Assembly: GCA_010015805.1 (NCBI GenBank)
Contig: ML978128.1
Span: 1,550,001 to 1,614,000, forward strand
DNA: 64,000 nucleotides
Direction: 5' to 3'
From: Rhizodiscina lignyota
Taxonomy: Eukaryota
The notes under the pieces are model-generated. The model did no database searches. It was not told where the DNA came from and worked only from the letters and a program-made list of their open reading frames with translations. The position numbers and the translations under genes were made by a program. The first letter of the stretch is position 1. Every line of letters begins with the position of its first letter. This document shows, piece after piece, positions 57,101 through 64,000 of this stretch.

Positions 57101-59928
57101 TGCGTAGCTGGCTTGTCAGATCCTTCAGGTTCGGCAGGTACTGGAAGCCACCGTTGAGATCAGCCCACACTGGCTCATTCTGGCAGAGGTTAACAATCGG
57201 CGGCGCCATGAGGCCAAGAAGGTTGAATGCCATCTCTTGCTGACTGAATGTGCGGACACCATATCGCTCAATGCCCTCGGCGACAATGTTGTTACCAGCC
57301 ATGAGACCAGTGCCACGAGTCCAACCAATGATAGCACCGCAGATGGTAAGGTAGTTACCCCACGACTCGGAGTGCCACCGGGTGAAGAGTGTCTCCAAAG
57401 CGATCTTCGATTCGGGATACAGGCCATCGTTGCCAAAGGTGCCGTGGTTAGGGCTGAGTGGGAGGATGACTTGAGCGGGACGTGTCTCAAAACCATTCTG
57501 CAGCTTGTGCGTCTTAACACTGCCAAGAAGGCGGAGGAGGTTGGTCATCATGATACGGTGAGCGAGCTCGGACTTGCTGTCGATGTTGTCAATCTCGCGG
57601 CCGTTCTCGGAGATGGCAGCAAACGGAATAACGTAGTCCAGATCCCAGCCCAGTCCCTTCTTGCTGTCGTAGATGTAGGACACAAGTGCGTCCACATCCT
57701 GCTTGGAGCCTTGGTTGAACGGAACGACGATGAGCTGCGAGCCACGAGCTCCATAGCGGGCGTACATGGACTGGTAGTATTCGTTGACCTCCCTGGAGAA
57801 GCGGCTGGTAGTGACAATGACCTTGGCGCCACCAGAAATCAAGCCCTGGAGAACTTCTGCACCAATTGATCCAGCTCCGGCACCAGTCATGAGAGCATTC
57901 TTGCCTTGGAAAGTGAGACCTTCTCTTGCAGCCTTCTCGAGCCCGTCAAGGTAGATGCCAGTGAGCTTCTTACTATACTCCCAGCCATGATCGTCCTTGC
58001 GCTTGAGATGCAAGAACGGAATGGTTTCAACCTTGCCCTGTTTAGGCTGGCCGTTGGCACGCTTACCCTTCTTCAGGGTACCATTAGGACCTTTAGCGTG
58101 TCCGTTGCCGTTCTCCATTGGCATGATCTGACCCTCATTCATCGACAGTGAGCGAACAACGTTGCTGTACAAGCTCTTGATCTGAAGTTGGGCGTTCTTA
58201 GAAAGCTTGTGTTGCTGCTTGATGAGCTTGTAAATGCGCTGGAGGTCGTTCTGCACCTTCGTCCTGTTACCATATTCAGAAAGTTTGCCACCGTCGGCCA
58301 TCTCGCGCACATAGTGCTCAAGCTTTCGCACACTCTGTCGTGGGGCTTCGGTGTAGTTCATGTTACCACGAGCGTCAATTTCCATCGAAGGTGCAGTGGG
58401 AATTGATACATCCTTGAAAACTGGAGCCTCTTCAAGAACGTCTTTGCAGTTCTCAATGAGCTGTTGGCCGAGCTCCTTTGCGAGCTCGTAAGTCTCTCCC
58501 CGCTCGGTCGGGCAGTGGTCGATGTGGTATTGCATGAAGTCGAGGAGGAGAGGGTTCGAGCGGTTCATGATTGCGATACAGCGAGATACAATCTCTCGGT
58601 CGACGGCCTTGAGACGGCCAAAGATGATATCGTAGTACATGGCAAGAGCGTCCTGTCGTGCCCAGTTCCAGCTGCTGTCGTAGACACGGGCCTTAAGCGG
58701 GGTAAACGAAGGCTCAATACCACTGGCATAGAAGTCACCGTGCTCAGCATTCCACAGATCAAGCTGCGCCTGCAGCGCGTTGGCGGATTGCTGGCTGGCA
58801 ACGGAGGCCTTGTCGCCAGCGCGAAGGTCGATCTTGAGGTACCGAGCAAAGAGCTCGAGTTGTTGCTTGAAAAGAGCTCGCTGGTCCTTGGTGAGAGCAT
58901 CGATGGCAGCGGGATCCATCATCATGCCACCAGCACCACCAGCGTCACCAGCCGCTGCCGGGCCAGACGAGAGGCTAATGCCTGCAGTAGATGCGTATTT
59001 GTTCGACATGTCGTCCAACCACGCCTTGGCGTCATTTTCAGACCCAATACGAGAGGCCGGTTCTGCGGTGAGAGCCAGAAGCAAGACACCGTCCTGTCTG
59101 CCTGCGCCAAGACCCCACCTCGTCTCGAGATGCTTCCTGACTGCGGTGATGTTGAAGCCTCCAGGCATCTTCGAAGAAACCATTCTTGCGATGAGAGATT
59201 GTGATTGCTTTCCAAGCTGACCATTGAAGGTAGCTTGCATCGAAGCACCAAGCTCGTCGAGCGGGGTGTCTTCTGGCTTCTCAGGCGTGGAACCAAATTC
59301 CTTGCCCAAGTCACCGAGGATTTCATTCTGGAGGGTAGATTTGCCTATACAATGCAGTTAGCGTACACGATACGGGGTAGAAGTTGATGTGTGGGTGTAA
59401 CTTACCTCCGACGAGATCCTTAATGGCCTTGCTCAGCGGAATGTCAGCCAGAGGCTTCTTCAGCTTCTGTGCAACGAGTGATCGCAAAATATCCGTGGCC
59501 GACACCGGCGCATCTGGAACAGACGCAGCCGGTCCTGCACTTGGTGCTGGTGCAGCAGCAGCCACTGGAGCTGCTGACGGAGCTGCCGCAGTGACGGGTG
59601 CCGAAGCACCGGAGCTCGCTGCCTGTGGTTCCGGTTCCTCCTCTACTGGGTCCACATCGTAGTAGATGTCTTTTGCGTCCTTATTGTAGCAAAGGATTTG
59701 CCGTTGTACGCTTCGTGCAGCGTCGTGTGCCTCGTATTTGGAGCCAAGTGTCCGCTTAGCCATCACACCCAGCGTATCCGCAGGGCCGATTTCGACGATG
59801 CGCTCGGTGGTCTTCTCGCCCAAGATGACATCCTGAGTCTCGATCCATCTTACTGGAGAGGCGAACTGGTATGCGAGGAGCTCGATGAGGAGGGTGTGGG
59901 ACAGGTCTTGCTCAACTTCGGGGCGCAT
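54168..59928 (-). CDS. FAS2: Fatty acid synthase subunit alpha (ACP, KR, KS, PPT); introns 59345-59405 and 54279-54332
   Basis: [45 protein letters not shown] across the intron; [48 protein letters not shown]. Confidence 0.96.
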
Positions 59929-60430
59929 GGTGATGGCGCCTGGGGGTATGCGGTCCAAGGAGAGTGCAGAGTAAGATATGTGCAGCCACTCTAGTGAAAG
60001 AGCGTTGAGGGTGACTTGATTGAAATGCCTCTCCTGTGTTTAGGTGCTAGAGTAGATTTTGAGAGGTGGAGGAGGACAGGCGGAGGACTCGAGGGTATAG
60101 GTGCCTCACAAGAACAGCAGCACGAACACCAATATCGGGAAAATGCAAACAAGTCGGGCGGGAGGAAGAGTAATCTGGCTCGGCAGTGCCTTGGTGGAAG
60201 TGGACACGGTGGAGGTGAGCTGATAACACGCCTCAATGGTTGGGGGGAGATGTGAAGCGGTACTGTATGGCTCCTGCCACCGGCGAAAAAAAGGTTGGAG
60301 TTGCGGAGAGCTCAACGACCCGCTAGCGCCGCTTCGGGCCTGGCGCGAGGGCTGCTTGGCGCTGCGAGATGAGGCAAACTCCTGGTAAGGGACAGCCCAG
60401 GGCCTGGTACATGATGTACTCCATGCACTC

Positions 60431-60695
60431 TGGCCGGGCGGCGCAGGGATCAGAGCCTCTCAACTGCTGTAGTCCTCAGCACGCGATATGTTGAACACGC
60501 CTGTTCGTGTGGGATATCTCGGAACGTGGCTCGGCAGGCAACGCTTGCGAGGGAATTGTATTATTCTCACCCTTGCCTCGTCGTCGGCCGTTGGACGCAG
60601 CCAAATTCTGATTAACTATCCCAACTGGCCGGGGTGTGACCTCAACGCTGCGCACTAAACTGCCGCTGGCTCCTGCGCGAAATGTGGCCGGGGTG
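60431..60695. promoter_or_regulatory. FAS2/FAS1 bidirectional promoter with repeated TGGCCGGG(GTG) motif
   Basis: TGGCCGGGCGG at 60431 and TGGCCGGGGTG at 60626 and 60685, inside the 1.17-kb divergent intergenic region. Confidence 0.45.
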
Positions 60696-61102
60696 AGCTC
60701 TCCACCAGAACTGCGGCAGAAAAAAAAGTGGACTGGCGGGTAGCACTTGCTAGCCTCAACTCAACACCATCTTCCCTTCGCCCACATACCCTCTTATCAC
60801 CGCAGGCGCCTTCCAACTGACCGCTGCTCCATCTTCTACCCCTCTCCCTCTCCTCGCAAGCCTCTCCTCTCCTGTCATCCTGAATCAGGACCCAGCGAGC
60901 ACCAAGAGAGCTGCCTCCGCAGTGAACACGAAGTCTCTTTGGTAGCGAAATTTGCACCGTCCCATACCGAGGCACTGCCAATCGTGAGTAATCTCGACAC
61001 AATTGACACCTGTCAACTTCTGCGCGCTCAAGGCAGCCGTTGCATCAATACAAACGGGTATCTAACCGTCCCCAGATCCCCTTCTCTCACACGACCACCA
61101 TC

Positions 61103-64000
61103 ATGTACCCGTCAGGCCCTCAGACGGGTGTCTCCACACCCCGCGCCGCTGCCTCGCTCCGTCCCCTCGTTCTCTCTCACGGCTCTCTCGAGCATTCGCT
61201 CCTTATCCCCACAAGTCTTCACTTCAATGCCAGCCAGATCAAGAATGCTTTCCTCGCCACTCTCCCAGAGCCAACGGACGAGTTGGCACAGGATGACGAG
61301 CCATCCTCCGCGCCAGAGCTCGTAGCTCGATACATGGGTTATATTGCACGAGAGTGCGAAGAATCAGAAGACCCGGCAGGATACGAGGAGATTCTCGGTC
61401 TTGTGATCAACGAGTTCGAGCGAGCTTTCCTTCGCGGCAACGACGTCCACGCAGTTGCCGCATCTCTGCCAGGAATTGTTGCCAAGAAGAACATCACAGT
61501 AGAATCGTACTACAAGGCTAGATATGTTGCCGAAAGGCCGATCAAGCCGCACGAATCTGCTCTCTTCCGCGAGGCGTCTGACGAGAATGCCTTCATCTAC
61601 GCAGTTTTTGGTGGCCAGGGCAACATTGAAGAGTACTTCGATGAGCTGCGCGAAGTCTACACCACCTATACCCCTTTCCTCGAGGACTTCATTACGGCAG
61701 CGGCAGCTCACCTCCGCGACCTGTCGCGTGACCCGCAAGCAGAGAAGCTCTATTCGAAAGGCCTCAATGTCATGAGATGGCTTCTCAACAAGGAATCTCA
61801 GCCAGATACCGAGTACCTTGTATCGGCCCCAGTCAGTTTTCCGTTGATTGGTTTGACGCAGCTCGCGCACTTTGTAGTCACGTGCCGTGTCTCTGGCACT
61901 CACCCGGGACACATCATGGAAAGAATGAGCGGTACTACCGGTCACTCGCAAGGCATAGTCACAGCAGCCGCAATCGCTGCCTCTCACGATTGGCCATCGT
62001 TCGAGAAGGCTGCAACAGATGCCCTGACTGTTCTCTTCTGGATTGGTTGCCGTAGCCAGCAAGCATATCCGCGTACATCTCTAGCCCCTTCTGTTCTCCA
62101 GGACTCTATCGACCATGGCGAGGGCACACCAACTCCCATGCTTTCAATTCGTGATCTACCTCGCTCGGCCGTTCAATCTCACATCGACATTACCAATCAG
62201 AACCTGCCAGAGGATAGGCACATTGCCATCTCTCTTATCAATTCGCAAAGGAACGTTGTGGTTACTGGTCCTCCACTTTCTCTGTACGGTCTCAACTTAC
62301 GCCTGCGCAAAGTTAAGGCTCCCACTGGCCTTGACCAGACTCGCATCCCTTACACAGAGCGCAAGGTTCGCTTCGTCAACCGTTTCTTGCCCATCACTGC
62401 TCCATTCCATAGCCCCTACCTGACGGAGGCGCACAAGATTCTCGAAGAGGATCTCAAGGACGTCAACATTAGCGCCAAGGACCTCTCTATTCCAGTCTAT
62501 GACACCAACACAGGCGAGGATGTGCGAAAAGCTGAGCCGGGCAACATTGTCCCTGCCTTGGTTCGCATGATCACACATGATCCGGTCAATTGGGAGAAGG
62601 CGACAGGCTTTCCAAACGCAACGCACATCATTGACTTCGGACCAGGTGGTATCTCCGGCCTGGGTGTTTTGACGAACCGTAACAAGGATGGAACTGGTGT
62701 CCGTGTCATTCTCGCGGGCACTATGGACGGTACCAACGGAGAGGTTGGCTACAAGCCAGAGCTCTTCGATCGCGACTCTGAACATGCGGTCAGATATGCG
62801 GAGGATTGGGTCAAGGAGCATGGTCCGAAGCTCGTGAAGACCTCAGTCGGACAGACCTATGTCGACACTAAGATGTCTCGTCTACTAGGTCTTCCGCCCA
62901 TCATGGTGGCTGGTATGACTCCCGCTACAGTTCCTTGGGACTTCGTCGCAGCTACCATGAACGCTGGCTATGAGATCGAATTGGCTGGTGGTGGGTACTA
63001 CAACGAGCGCAACATGACCGAGGCCATCGCCAAGATAGAAGCTGCCATTCCAGCTGGTCGCGGCATTAGTATCAATCTTATCTACGTCAACCCGCGAGCA
63101 ATGAATTGGCAGATTCCTATGATTGCCAAGCTCCGGGCGGATGGCGTGCCGATTGAAGGCCTCACCATTGGTGCTGGTGTTCCGTCGATTGAAGTTGCGA
63201 ATGAGTACATCACGACGCTCGGCATCAAGCATATTGCCTTCAAGCCTGGCAGCACAGAGGCCATTCAGCAGGTTATTAACGTCGCGAAAGCAAACCCAAG
63301 CTTCCCTGTCATGCTGCAGTGGACTGGCGGCCGCGGTGGCGGCCACCATAGCTTCGAGGACTTTCACCAGCCCATTCTCGCCATGTACGGACGCATCAGG
63401 AAATGCGAAAACATCGTCTTGGTTGCTGGGTCAGGCTTTGGTGGCAGCGAAGATACCTACCCTTATCTCACCGGCGAGTGGTCCAAGCGTTTTGGCTATC
63501 CGCCGATGCCTTACGATGGTATCCTCTTTGGCTCTCGCATGATGACTGCTAAGGAAGCCCACACTTCGAAGAACGCAAAGAAGGCCATTGTTGACGCACA
63601 AGGTGTTGAAGACTCCGAGTGGGAGAAGACCTACAAAGGTCCCGCTGGCGGCGTCATCACCGTCCTTTCCGAGATGGGTGAGCCAATCCATAAGCTTGCG
63701 ACTCGTGGTGTCCTATTCTGGTCTGAGATGGACAAGCTCATCTTCAGCTTGGACAAGAAGAAGAGGCCTGCAGAGTTGAAGAAGAAGCGCGACTATATCA
63801 TCAAGAAGCTTAACGATGACTTCCAGAAGGTCTGGTTTGGACGTAACGCTCAAGGCGAAAGTGTCGATCTCGAGGACATGACGTACAGCGAGGTCATCCG
63901 CCGCATGGTCGAGCTGATGTACGTTAAGCACGAGAAGAGGTGGATCGACAAGTCTCTCGCTAGGCTCACCGGCGACTTCATCCGCCGCGTTGAGGAGCGC
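61103..64000 (+). CDS. FAS1: Fatty acid synthase subunit beta (5' part; runs off window). 5' UTR intron 60984-61075
   Basis: [26 protein letters not shown]; acetyltransferase FGGQG and [14 protein letters not shown]; enoyl reductase [32 protein letters not shown]. The frame is open to the window end, so it is absent from the ORF track. Confidence 0.95.
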   Translation, partial: MYPSGPQTGVSTPRAAASLRPLVLSHGSLEHSLLIPTSLHFNASQIKNAFLATLPEPTDELAQDDEPSSAPELVARYMGYIARECEESEDPAGYEEILGLVINEFERAFLRGNDVHAVAASLPGIVAKKNITVESYYKARYVAERPIKPHESALFREASDENAFIYAVFGGQGNIEEYFDELREVYTTYTPFLEDFITAAAAHLRDLSRDPQAEKLYSKGLNVMRWLLNKESQPDTEYLVSAPVSFPLIGLTQLAHFVVTCRVSGTHPGHIMERMSGTTGHSQGIVTAAAIAASHDWPSFEKAATDALTVLFWIGCRSQQAYPRTSLAPSVLQDSIDHGEGTPTPMLSIRDLPRSAVQSHIDITNQNLPEDRHIAISLINSQRNVVVTGPPLSLYGLNLRLRKVKAPTGLDQTRIPYTERKVRFVNRFLPITAPFHSPYLTEAHKILEEDLKDVNISAKDLSIPVYDTNTGEDVRKAEPGNIVPALVRMITHDPVNWEKATGFPNATHIIDFGPGGISGLGVLTNRNKDGTGVRVILAGTMDGTNGEVGYKPELFDRDSEHAVRYAEDWVKEHGPKLVKTSVGQTYVDTKMSRLLGLPPIMVAGMTPATVPWDFVAATMNAGYEIELAGGGYYNERNMTEAIAKIEAAIPAGRGISINLIYVNPRAMNWQIPMIAKLRADGVPIEGLTIGAGVPSIEVANEYITTLGIKHIAFKPGSTEAIQQVINVAKANPSFPVMLQWTGGRGGGHHSFEDFHQPILAMYGRIRKCENIVLVAGSGFGGSEDTYPYLTGEWSKRFGYPPMPYDGILFGSRMMTAKEAHTSKNAKKAIVDAQGVEDSEWEKTYKGPAGGVITVLSEMGEPIHKLATRGVLFWSEMDKLIFSLDKKKRPAELKKKRDYIIKKLNDDFQKVWFGRNAQGESVDLEDMTYSEVIRRMVELMYVKHEKRWIDKSLARLTGDFIRRVEER

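Noticed and set aside
54168..64000. FAS pair as part of a secondary-metabolite cluster
   Set aside because: The sequences look like highly conserved housekeeping FAS, and there are no PKS, NRPS or tailoring genes on the visible side.

Overview
This is eukaryotic, intron-containing DNA from a filamentous ascomycete (Pezizomycotina, plausibly a Dothideomycete). It is gene-dense, with short GT..CTRAC..AG introns. About 21 protein-coding genes are supported. The conserved core comprises HRI1, TRM1, a HOF1/Cdc15-type F-BAR-SH3 protein, NOT1, succinyl-CoA ligase beta, an SR140/U2SURP homologue, enoyl-CoA hydratase, a HAD hydrolase, a DUF4140/DUF4139 protein, a hexokinase and the divergent FAS2/FAS1 pair (FAS1 runs off the right edge). 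Accessory-looking genes are interspersed: GH79, an F-box protein, two HET-domain genes, a divergent DEAH helicase and a possible small secreted protein. No transposon, rRNA, tRNA or CRISPR is evident. Most notable are: (1) a tandem pair of intronless, N-terminally truncated eIF3j/Hcr1-like paralogues; (2) an unusually long, structured last intron of NOT1, a candidate intronic ncRNA or splicing-control element; (3) an AUG-less, presequence-like N-terminal extension of TRM1 suggesting non-AUG initiation; (4) a HET protein with an N-terminal membrane anchor; (5) repeated motifs in the FAS2/FAS1 bidirectional promoter. All family assignments come from motif recognition by eye; no searches were run.
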